A stretch of DNA of 63,974 nucleotides, filler included, from Barthelona sp. PAP020 (lineage: Eukaryota), in NCBI GenBank assembly GCA_040182905.1. It is 3 parts of 3 records of this genome, joined end to end, with 100 filler letters (N's around TTAATTAATTAA, not from the genome) between each part and the next. Parts side by side here need not be neighbours in the genome. Positions count along the whole stretch, not along the records: positions 1 to 24,895 come from JARQWU010000149.1; positions 24,996 to 49,859 come from JARQWU010000150.1; 1 more part is not named here. One strand, given 5' to 3'. The translations under genes were made by a program, and so were the position numbers. The notes beneath the pieces were generated by a model that saw only the letters and a program-made list of their open reading frames with translations, was not told where the DNA came from and searched no databases. Below are positions 21,001-25,099 of this stretch, piece by piece. Numbering within the stretch: position 1 is the first letter of the stretch; each line of letters starts with the position of its first letter.

Positions 21001-22950
21001 AACATTCATATCAGACATGTATATGTTTGAAAAACATGTTTCATTTACCTCAATCAAATTTATCAAAGTTCCATTGTGATAATCCGTTAAATCATAATCA
21101 GAAAGATTGTATGCGATCTCTAAAGATCTATCCATTGCATAAAAACAATTCTTTGCTTGAAAAGTTTCTATTTTCGTTGTGTAATCAATTACATTGCCAT
21201 CTTCATCCAAAACCTCCTCAAAAACTTCAATGTCCTCAACAGAAATGTTTTGTACTTGAAGATTCATTGGATAAAAACCAGACAACTCATCTTCATGAAT
21301 AAAAGTGTCTTTTTGAACATGAGAAATATTTGAACAAATTAAAGACGCTTGCTTTTTTAGAATTGCTTCATCAAATAAATAAGTGGCATATTTTTGACTC
21401 ATGTATTCATCATACCAACATATTGAATTCCACGAAAAAGCTGTGTCCAACACAATTTCACCTGACAATTCAACTGGATTCAAAAATTTTAAAGAGGACA
21501 AAGGGGCCACTTTTAACATCACATTTTCAAAATGCTCACTAACAACATGAAATTCAGACTTCATTCCCAAATATATATCACACGATTCAATATAATATTC
21601 TTTAACATGCTCTTCAGGTGCAAATTTACGATAAGTAGCTAAAACATGATCCCAACCATGTAAAACATAAACTTTACAAAAATACTGAAACTCCATTTCA
21701 CTATCAAAAATGCCACCATACCAATACAAAACATCATCAAAAACAAGCAAATCTTGTATTTGAACTAATGGTACTCTGGTAAATTCTGCATAATGTATCA
21801 AAATGGGATTCCCACTTGCAACATCAAATGATCCCCCAGATAATCTGAATTCATGAAACTCAAATGACTGAATAGAAGTGTTAAGAAAGAAAGAACCTCC
21901 TTGAAAATTAATATACCATTGAAAATATGAATTATAGTCGTCTCGATATGTAACACCATATTCAAATTCAGTTGAACCTCCAGATTGATTAAAATATAAA
22001 GAAAAATCTGACAATGTACAACCATCCAAAAAATGAAGGTTTCCATCTGTTTTTTCTACTACTCTTAAATTTTCAAGTTTTGAATCACCTGTAAAATACA
22101 CTTCTCCACCGTACATGTATAATGAACCAATGTACAACGGTTTGGCACGAAACATAATTGTACCTGACTGAACATACACAAATCCATAAAAATACATCAT
22201 TATCATGGAATTAAAGGCAGCACTTTCTTCCTTTAAATCAAAAACAATGACAGAATTCACAACCCTGGAATAAACATGAGAATAGAATTGCAAAGTTGAA
22301 TAAAACGTTACATTACCATCATTAATAAAATATTTATTTCCTTGATGATGAAAATCTGTTTCGATTGTAAGATTTGAACCATACTCAACAATAAATGTGC
22401 CGAAGTTAGAAAATAATGGATTACTCTCTGATGAATCACTTTCTTTATTAGATTTGATCTGGAAAGCACCTGAAACAATTGTTCTGGCTGTATTGTCTGT
22501 AAAAAATGAAGAACCATAACCCATTGTCAAACTGCCTTCCAAAAAAGTTAACAATCCAGATTCAATACGTATCGAACAGAATGGATCGACTTCTCTTTTG
22601 TGAGTTCCGATGAAAGTGAAATTTCCTGTTGATTGCAAAATGGCAAAGCCTCGCAAATTACAATCATGAAATTCAATATTTTCAGCTTCTAAAACAACAT
22701 TATATGAAAAATAAAGATCAACTTTTGAGGTAGTTGATCCAAGAATGATAGATTTCAAAACAATCGATTTTTTCATTAAAACAGTGACATTTCTATCAAT
22801 AATCACTTCAGAATTTGCTATGGGAACATTTAAATCTTTCCAACAAGTTTGTTCAAAAAAATCACTTTCTCCTTCGCATAAATACTCATGAATCGAACAA
22901 AAACTTGCAATTAACAAAATGCTTACCAAATAATAATAAATAAACGACAT
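1..22950 (-). CDS. Giant secreted/surface protein (at least 7650 aa, 3' end outside window), predicted beta-helix/beta-solenoid adhesin-like
   Basis: ATG at 22950 (MSFIYYYLVSILLIASFCSIHEYLCEG..., hydrophobic signal peptide). I translated the same frame as open at the N-terminus, at several internal points (about 1.4-2, 2.7, 5, 7, 8-9, 10 and 11 kb) and at base 1 (...GNVELHGTNSTLNVNEGLF). The track lists no ORF starting here, which implies no in-frame stop before the window edge. Alternating hydrophobic/polar strands rich in N, G, F, I, V, with recurring WxGG motifs. Confidence 0.9.
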   Translation of the reverse strand, partial: MSFIYYYLVSILLIASFCSIHEYLCEGESDFFEQTCWKDLNVPIANSEVIIDRNVTVLMKKSIVLKSIILGSTTSKVDLYFSYNVVLEAENIEFHDCNLRGFAILQSTGNFTFIGTHKREVDPFCSIRIESGLLTFLEGSLTMGYGSSFFTDNTARTIVSGAFQIKSNKESDSSESNPLFSNFGTFIVEYGSNLTIETDFHHQGNKYFINDGNVTFYSTLQFYSHVYSRVVNSVIVFDLKEESAAFNSMIMMYFYGFVYVQSGTIMFRAKPLYIGSLYMYGGEVYFTGDSKLENLRVVEKTDGNLHFLDGCTLSDFSLYFNQSGGSTEFEYGVTYRDDYNSYFQWYINFQGGSFFLNTSIQSFEFHEFRLSGGSFDVASGNPILIHYAEFTRVPLVQIQDLLVFDDVLYWYGGIFDSEMEFQYFCKVYVLHGWDHVLATYRKFAPEEHVKEYYIESCDIYLGMKSEFHVVSEHFENVMLKVAPLSSLKFLNPVELSGEIVLDTAFSWNSICWYDEYMSQKYATYLFDEAILKKQASLICSNISHVQKDTFIHEDELSGFYPMNLQVQNISVEDIEVFEEVLDEDGNVIDYTTKIETFQAKNCFYAMDRSLEIAYNLSDYDLTDYHNGTLINLIEVNETCFSNIYMSDMNVEMNGLIEFEDSVVIKTEKMIIGSYVALKGDSVEFMNISQVEVFGSNSRFSGTFVIDCSINVFRSLIIDESSSLTGLGSIKGFEMNSYVHYKGHYALSTDMFWNKGKFVFESSSSLLTNFTLLNISSDGQMIFDLTSIFSNDIVSLDLEGLLLIHNGFYQHINAFDIRGNLSINIVSYVNIDEISSEKRGFGHLQFNELVDLNLYFASYKTKEIYVNNVENVLFSNDISLKLQLLFLNTFIVVEDCINVIFDPLNFENGIFFVSNISMMEIRNNNYTNIHGVHVKMNEVFDFGELFAKSIVQSELEFFEVENVKIVCFDDDMIDNLFNIDYSDVFSIKFTNMSGNLLNISNTQNIYMVGEMINNQSIVHCSNNMDLHLNIDKFNASKIIVNEMNRISGNFKNVSLSYLLIDQIEYLNIQAAFYDNSIITCENNGNLTFSNIQEFDKMQIDVLDTKNLFLYGVDSDINHFNGRFENSSVILDKFRYGTNSLIDACHCSMIVLNISRLVQSTMHFENTKQLNYNFDLLKESFFSYLGNYGDDKLEIKNLSKNAYEVAGTIFNVTGVNFEAFSGLNISNSKFQINNTNSKLKFKNIDESVFEMESEIIEFGHDCFVNSSNLLISFGSTLIMNMELICLSDVKLISMNEECLLNFSKSSYNFSSVFDIEDIEIVKKLDLFTMKDSTFTVIGNVFEIQGILFLDNVDLIQRTTYFLGEFLYFYNSDLECLKNMTFSYVKFIFSTFVSYSGECVMDFGYLETNTDLQSFNKTHINIYNFWRFQNHMEITGFEWHIRVLPEAIVEVNANITFEDTYGYSEFINEGNWTINNAHFVTSMIPLLSSTSSMRFVDSFWEVQCDASFNGIILLLGNYSGLSLLGMDYDFGSDTYLETITDEGGLVWTNYDTHILFRGTIKILNNLALYRVTFEFEDCLMAIDNIELIEASLSILNCSHITNSETLHLDGFKITDGSKLYIADIESIHTDSFHLNDSEVYLIVNNITLENFEMYSGYLNGPCYFKVGNSSIFLGGIMDDNVVVDILGEYLFMNSEDVHEVGDGVQILFRHDYYFKDHDSVFKVGDNVIVMFGNTYFDSIIRFEGRPGNIRGYFDVGAEESSSVTYPLVFTTGNIDILPLLIINGDMIVNSDITIDFRLKLQGSLNILPGSRLVLPQPMVVYDNITLSDVSDAVLASTLEIQGPFIVHNNVSLKGVGSLFTTSASGYVRFGGFWEMSTSLNVYGGVFHFVEGSKFYFDNIYIEEGKVIFDEYPMMDNNTWYIDKIYLTEQSSLVFSDVLSDINLHVNEIRLENGANFTFTLASNLTVDKLIVNESICTVNVTANVNILMLETLNNAKVYFYGNENNHTYFFDQIIHKGNRLEFVEIINPVVINRIESHSNRLNFTNIRGKLFIDEIVMHETCYFYLTNIYAVSPTINSIITNENSLFQINNYDVDVHLGRLNLQGGRFIVYTGVTENSIYFKEFIASNDATLTGSMTRVNIYIENFAVFDDFLTYLKLFPLNELYLTGNTRLRNVIQEWSANVTVIGNAVVKVEEYQLCFYCAFVKRAESTIWISKRSRWVGSLRFIADGDLTSGRTNFYYTSDNVIIYNDTFWLNETNDQVIFENFTHLIASSSQYKLKLDVPSYITFNMSSKGNFSSDDLITFESDQYLHIGKGFWNVPELRMILGSVVQTSVEPDIFFDVDLTLILHSLKINRQITTYEQYLYEHYGITPEVKFNSHANIHLTKVASDSGGSLDILIKNVNFYTGTVLKISDLIIRQFSDFSTTVNFINCSTCENLILDSLTLQKAIVNFDDGNDWGIFVNNKTEIGSPSGETVLSTFSGQLKDFRLTNGVLQANLIMSTDLSLNNIEIYGYIKVESEFVNISNCYSSQTTFSISGSEVYLSANQQFSPYFPGSKFQTFKLYDCFLTATGFFSSFTPSVRLISENSFITVNNDIDCEFCRFDVEGGSFEAKSMKIYDNYLYENKFIDSGVFDIENLNLSHTKIFIENTPTTIKTIEQRYSSLKIYESTSSLYSIKSDNSIFHCQSTDSNIEGVLVVERKSEYFLDHCSLNIRGINVTNQSNLTFFNVNFDYLEYINVIDSYITASSSSHHINNVSFINSVVSFDEFNFNPYSSEDITFIGTVFNAVSSNLMIKDSSFNFVSLILDDIKSFYFESTDFKNCVNISILNSKDEKVIFESNNFGELNTILIYRSTWLIKKQWLLAKLIVINESSVFVGYGGYVDVDNFTMIRSTFNNYEIVMSTMNLGLNRGCDISVRNLTMDNCSSNTLTFFNSFNISNASIFGESLSLLIFEHFNVANLKVRGTIELRSYNSGIFDIKNVEDTLDLENFIQFIDIFGVNIDSLVVHGKFIFSHAQRTTINTIQSTNGQLEFSNGNTFLNIDEINIVGAVVTFDDLFDFAINLLIQRTYAEIKIYDVTYHTVSTHKWYSGTIESDETSRYILDNTETLSNDEKILKGSHSCVSECLFNTGRLRAEPLIGEKLGKLYVLDNATFNCELSESFFVDNYRYDFIVSGKLFLTANINMLTFEVGINTLLDGETVVTNIFRMGGVYTIHGVMNFIHDFYCDGGYFDIRATGSLITGSVNSKIIGKTCNVRVEGSFGMDFNVTDSLMLLMEGSSSVGNINLMISTDLSVICQSCNYVAIECINVSNSVNVSSHLGKILISNVVTNILKLGGSYYFGSFFSTNKPPLIPVYSNFFTNISLVEVNSIELSGCYAYIDKIVLQNSIIVRKKSFISFYSLVGSFDVSLEVFDTLTMINYGFLNFTRITSHTSHVVDSNHIFVNYGGINIGNTVNNVLYYAGQHPYKSIYRLYNYALFEQLSNTVFELPMIIQNYHNVSIYDKARFTDLADDSYVHQNATFNVRPSAVIKSEEIKIGGVLNISGDVEINNKIIITDGGQLVVNSNASLTFHDGLEIAEGGDVTIFGVMYIDETVDVFGEIYLSETGYLNRSSNATDNVIWIHESGTITSLRNIFTDAPVIVEGGYNVPIFEYSNPDASIQFRDTARLGFQAIEISTGVVSFDNFCPTLAMQYISLSNGSLTIQSNCLITLDSITVANYGNFRLSVIGLTCEYIFNDGTITLYSSSANKWSSQLIAGNVDNEKLIRDFSTRGVNFKISNFTNFENASIHFFQGNFIGSNFTHLSEEKLHFDSLNNVNIDLLNVVGDFEISDFDIFITKHAYFKGLVQINNGETLALPDYTTIQDVKIIDVTQVTLPTILQTFGANLYLSDISEAIYVDRIYIPSGSLMSMNSIINTFEVFLSNGGEILGTTTGKISTHYFYWNGGNVVCSSNYFNIDIQVLAVSGNHDFKAQYVKFTVHENMTVDSVWNANVIGSSILFFTDNSKGIFEDSFVSSTKFSIQVSYGSNLIFKKGFTCYCSFLVYGGSSVKFESGDVTFKNTVHLTKTDTAWSVVDFAENSNIVFDGGLLISETQTTFGTRTAHVTFKNHDSEFSSNFDVMTPRIFGHFYPETVTIDENGAFGLGSGSTHNIMSLLNKKGCAMFQSSTFNTSVDMTTEINCHSNERSAFIFDNIKNNLPIYNHVSSTSCYHFYRNFLSYRIFSDEDLVFTSGGLFYFGGTFTQATYFEAEYLELNNGASFDFRSVSGDKTALIHNLNIIWGGISGSDTIVLEKSILNKATLDHVNVYNLTLNSSAINTFKNIKIFGNVFLSSNGSKVGVTLYLYGYFQIYPSGMVNISSNRVFSYMTGATLIIGGKFNPECSFSFPYSTVYQSTGVITFKESCNCYVANNAEVSSTIYLDQNSLLYIPANYKFSLNSNGRLQGLGELKYFDGCSIYIYGTFLLSDTYKQDVNAQTLFSGAILSVVNLYCSKGTITLYNIKAENLGKWTVNTAVNSDTGRIIFDVFEEEMKMKTLLVTGGITSFSQISKSVEYNEIKITGGYVIFDTDTDLHLERLIIDGGWRDGTDRVFVNELIWISGGFLGPAETVVAEKSTFSGLSARVMGDNHTLTLNGEFYVEGMFEIFACNGLNKIHIYANATIDGVILFRSNPTPTGTDIYADNYGSWTLGCAEGNSWCSDHPPQPIMLKIHKPTCHYMKTFKDDSRDSEATDHYISFVDNAWTFLTYEETKSNLEVDFKGTMNITSIGEIQLYDRGFKILENSIINVYGTMFPKVGVSLDGTSSIIMYSGGSWKGYSCYTLECKIYGNVTLAKGFSYNNSNVPTFDFFSMSRYKGYLRCVSHRYSCVSIFGRLRCKYYTSCSWSYYSYRTSPVIAFQLDSLLDFPNLLLTGGTMNFLDGSDALFKNMTLNGGNIYVHAIKRELEPYLVRISGGTLYFYEYPFINIPILYLSSGSLGSPSGMFTTVNITKEFIWEGGTLYGQYLKVNSLNYTLLTGISTKELSTYSVFENFGNMTVNFSGNLRFYQGTTMINSGILKIFGSFEMEGRISSNYWENVCSSNSDGTTTCTSVLRWRGPTPIRSFFVNNGMFFVEYPSTMIIFEIFFTLEKGGQLIINTGDVVFRQGGNINGELLILNETSNLYIGEEDYFSYFFEYDGIPMMTFGINSFVLLEYGNLEVYPPTDVNISGIFIVKNSVYLKEVDFYSSNGSNVQFVNLTSYNSNITFTNGSTLNGVNTLYLDYFTNFTLNTGFVMEVNQVTLYNSYRKGNDQLNISGEFIWHGGGFGENSTTLLKGNSVVYRVDNVVMGNNATLINFHLIEFVEQLQYRAISLMPTIKIRMNSNAKLINKPGGTLLFATNFMFDESAESFFINQGDITIKANMRFTSFFENNNTLTIDTLPEHITNFRTFVASNFKNYGNVNIRAHVSFYGSEFFNFNKTVVYNDAIVRFYTHVHSNNNSIWDIKLGSVFLYFYGIHEGSFYMRDTSAKLVLELISRFRNYSSGQYEYAKVEGIYNFTEKSKIFSCQGQLQVLDQPVEFRGQFSSCTDFYIEGTEMYFENMIDIDIANIYITDSLVVFKNSDFKIANWTISNSVIYFNNSIQIGSSESFYVENSNIHLYAGALIELKNMTFVETHFFGTDTVLFHSNLVVNASYFHDSLKLVNKGEMFFRHSPVKLNENVSLWNEGILYIECEDSTIIDPDDKPWFLLEFGSDAFFNNTGKVIVQTNWELYSGKFLNFGTMEIFYSLKSKNSSQLINYGDINFVCSDNDMYIPTITVKNFTNLINMSTCQSIWFIPLDNCSTFNNYGFLNITSDFKSTVVFNCFDSSITHVYGSSVHFTNDSSWYGFLQTFDNSNLRFEDGLHQFINANISVHNNVMIEEEGTAFFMNAFIWIKEEPLQVEGYAVFSNFTHLKKMENLLIKEKGRVEFVSLHDSLILQSLNLSGLVSFDTTNTTSIVNFYMNGGNRTGNDYVVMNNLYWENGCFVGTDLEYRTTNIITDIGSISLDGFKCIFFNTEVINRANVSFTSEIIPESLESVEYLKIFFDVGYFVNENILIFETSVWFVNGSFVNKMGSQSSIRMNLIVDCQFENFGLISFYSHKNHTNEARNISVGSLINEDRFESEVNVQFNGVKNYSQVYNYGSMTFNTSIIVFAVNFYTNSVIEADEIMFVRNVTFIDNFINSNLVEFNNLNIVPLHYSGSTFGALLDFSSFTRTVNIVNCSYFVKDTVIEGFIGDITDSAFESNVVTTDLSVNLLNSSITLSNVTFNSYISNIIVEMGDLIFYDVIFNNDIEFALFVNSNILFENVTVDTMKYLELQENSTVEIYNSLINYYQNVSAADSILWIEGNHDIYKFLSDYVIFSLSNLTINTVNDSIIKEMHFNNQSRRDGSSLLNITTIFWNSGYFCNHSHTNFFYSQILMEGQCGVIEHSQVNWLISTEIINSSEDMRKIYVNNRSLIRNFGDLTFEQNIWFDCSDDETHVALFIVDGFVDQFVTVRTQCGILSNVFWNIKPNLNEIVRLQVSNFTILDNYRIYANHSIEGYPFGNGTFNLVETTLISNGYSVEIHDDIFATTNSKLLLEEGNIFWFFGGGNIEGEVLINQLMNISFGYKNRTIFNELIFDESSIFRTNNAFMNVFNSGNVTITGIYETFKIVTVYGGRLLFDVGNTIEDLTNLLIVDGYCGFREGSILVDLIEVNLTGGIIEFETSKNCSIIDFYMTNGYRMGKDILNVLNSFHWRGGGLGPYSRTYSHNSSYIYRSLNSRFMNNATFINFNYTVFPPTLFDDSNFNSEYAQFRAENQSRFINDALGTIDIMFPINMITDPDTREVYAYFINYGIVNIEASMNLSIILHNYFNLTASGGYFNVHRGGFSNHNFVLASMVQLGIGETFNFTEGSLFDASAATIQFVTEDAVGHIYGTMNFNDLTVNFYQAADDYRAGLNIGNLFVHAGVNFTQGADLTIAGANITFLKQSEDISFSNMKLVKGYALFYNERQVSVDYLSFEGGFRGGTDNFTVNYQTMWSGGGCCETGTTICLGDTVFEKDLGPDIWNPPGVIGGPQIEVSMLDQCIYENAGYCETRIRTKFLGAFGAAFINTGRFNLSYGSVWTLDDLEHVIYPTPTIKTYTIEGISYNITEHNYMPSLINDGEMFGNKLALGVDVGWRFFQKSNSILANWKYFSATAGGMAISGVVNVTQMLKIDEDYVFLKGSRLVGEDISVYFNEKKTFIFGGDFCITGNSVIEGIGAVIFTPDATFCAETTISVCGPNVTILGEQEANIMILDCGSCRVGTGTLNINKLIINDGCIDGGVTNIAEAFIIQDPNTLTVLNSGVVNNEYEMIVDAKSIVIFNEDFILNNLIDGYIRLCGETVFKGNGLIVNRGLINKPVCGNNNLLYLLSRINQLEEGKLLIEKGLVTFDGSGSYFEGSIDILPDAGIKILESQKVFFKGSLETMLFLHTGSILDFDVNGTLEINEMQFKYNASDYVHSEGHLVFDEQVYIHPMNFDISGGSVSFGNINCSNHEFSHINFYNAGILNVSSSLCPLIINNSLIKKGVVTGTEHLIVNSTNIESIEASGIFLTIIEGKVAGSSNERSFNNMKIHINNTFEIGTNQVIFNNTILNTTKPTSVIVTTGNVELHGTNSTLNVNEGLF

Positions 22951-23714
22951 ATCGTATCGACATGAAAAAAAAAAAAAAATCTATGAAACTGTCGCATTCT
23001 GGACAAATTTTAACAAAAATGTGCAGTATGGCATAAATTTACATTCGTTAGTTAAGTTTCCATATTGATTCACTAAAATAGAAAATGAAGAAGAATTTTT
23101 AATAGACAAGAAAAATCATTTGAACTGACTGACGAAATTAAAAATAATAAAATCAACAAAAATAAATGAAAAAATTTAAACAAAAAGATGCAAAAAAAAA
23201 GGATCTTGCAAATGAAACCATCTTCATTTCTTTAGAATCATATTAAAGTGAATATATAACAAAAACAAATAGTATCACAGTCTAAAAGAAAACAAAACGG
23301 AAGAAATCTTCAAAAAAGATTTGTCAAAGTGAAGATCTTTTTTTCTTTGTTGGTCCTTCAAAATTTTTTTCATTTTCACAGATTACAACACATCAAAGAA
23401 TTGTGAATAAAAAATATAAACGCTTTTTGTTTACAATTAACAAAGAAAAGACATTCTTCCAATTTGTTCTGATGTGAAGCAAATTGAATTATGAACAACC
23501 TACAACTATTGTTGTTAAAAACTGTTACTTTTAATATAAATCTCATTCATTCTATCATAAATGAGTTAGAAAATACTCTGTAAAAAATTATTGAATTGAA
23601 TTCTTAAGTATAAACAAATTAACACAATAAACTGTTTTTAATCTTTTGAAAGAAAAACATTAACTCAAAAAAAAATCTTGAACATTCCAAAAACCCAAAA
23701 CAGAATAGCACCAT

Positions 23715-24895
23715 TCAATCTTCAAAATCTTCAAAATCTTCATCAAACATATTTGATGCATATTGTTCATTATTTGTTTGTGAATTGTTTTCAAATTCAT
23801 CAAGAAAATCATCATCTTCTTCAAACTCATCAAATTTTTCTTCAAAAGAACTGTGACTTTGGTCTGTAAATTGTTGTGCTTCAGATTTATTATCTTCATT
23901 GTTGACATTTACCGTTGAAAATGTCTTATAAACTGGTGAAATAAATGATTCTTCAAAATCAGACTCAAAATCAGACTTACTTGGATCTTGAACTGCTTTT
24001 ACAGGTGTGGATATCGGTTGAATAAGGCCATAATTCTGTTTTTGTTTATGAATGTCGTTTAAATTCATCAAAGAGTTACTAATTTGAGTTTCACTTTTGT
24101 TTGATTCAAAAGATTCATCAAAATCCGATATTTCATCATTGAAGTTTGATTTGTTCAATTTTTGATCAATATTTTGAGAATCATCAAAATCATCAGCAAA
24201 CAGAGAATCATTTGTCACCAAATTATTTTTAGATACATAATCTTCTAGTAAACCATGATTCTCATTCAAATTCTCATTTTCACCAATATTTTTCTCTTCT
24301 TTATTTTCCAAATTTTCTTCAAATTCATCAATAAACGTATCCTCAAATGGATCTTCTGAATTTGATCCAACTTGTTTTCCATCAAATATATCTGAATCCA
24401 TATTTTCAATGTCATTTTGTATTAATTTTTCTTTTATTTGATTTTGCTTTTCAGTTGAAACAATGTAGGGTTCTTCAAAAACATCCTCAAATTCTTGCTT
24501 AATTTCCCCATCATTCTTGATCAAATTTTTTTTTTCTTCAAAGTTATCTTCTCTAGATTCTGAATTGTGCTGATTTTCTCTTTCACCACTAATATGATCA
24601 TTATCTTCCTCATGTTCTACCCTGTCAATGTCATTAATGAATTGATTCTCAAATTCACCATAAGATTTGCTGGAAATATTCTCAGAATATCTGTCTCTAT
24701 CCGAAAAATCAGACAAATAATAATCATCTTTATAATCGTTTTGAATTTTATCATTATTTTCCAAAATATCTGTTGATTCTCTTTCGTGGTCAGTCTTTTC
24801 CCTTTGTATTTCCTTACGCTCATTTTCAAGTTTCTCAGCCTCTTCAACATTCTTTTGACGCTGTCTTTCTCTATTTTCAAGTTCTATCCTTTTTT
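23715..24895 (-). CDS. C-terminal part of a protein with a charged coiled-coil followed by an acidic, Phe-punctuated disordered tail (5' end lost at contig edge)
   Basis: The frame of track ORF 23715..24764 stays open to the gap (KRIELENRERQRQKNVEEAEKLENERKEIQ...). The tail has DPF and several FxDxF motifs. Confidence 0.8.
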
Positions 24896-24995
24896 NNNNN
24901 NNNNNNNNNNNNNNNNNNNNNNNNNNNNNNNNNNNNNNNTTAATTAATTAANNNNNNNNNNNNNNNNNNNNNNNNNNNNNNNNNNNNNNNNNNNN
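24896..24995. other. Artificial contig-joining spacer
   Basis: 44 N + TTAATTAATTAA (stops in all six frames, 24940-24951) + 44 N; same design as at 49860-49959. Confidence 0.97.
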
Positions 24996-25099
24996 AATGA
25001 GCCTTCATATCACCTAGCCACATCAATCACAAAACAAAAAATTTCAACATTTACCACAAAAGCTATCTCTTTCACCTCCTATTCAGTGATTCTTAACAA
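24996..25099 (+). repeat. Copy 1 of an exact 104-bp inverted duplication (partner 44679-44782), cut by the contig start
   Basis: Reverse complement matches 44679-44782 base for base. Contains the last codons of a copy of the 211-aa gene (MSLHIT*, stop 25015-25017), the spacer, and the last 7 codons of the pseudokinase. Confidence 0.95.

Noticed and set aside
161..22517. Dozens of 60-116 aa ORFs listed in the track
   Set aside because: They are antisense or off-frame shadows of the giant minus-strand ORF, with no recognisable motifs.
1..22950. Alternative genetic code or non-coding desert to explain the lack of long ORFs in the track
   Set aside because: The frame is open under the standard code and simply has no stop inside the window; conserved genes elsewhere end at TAA, TAG and TGA normally.
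22886..22963. Upstream out-of-frame ATG giving a 25-aa uORF overlapping the giant gene start
   Set aside because: The ATG is part of the TTTTTCAT promoter-like motif and probably lies at or before the transcription start; a possible GTAAGC...AAG intron does not restore the frame.
24940..24951. TTAATTAATTAA palindrome as a biological site
   Set aside because: Centred in N runs and repeated identically at 49904-49915; it is a synthetic six-frame stop linker.
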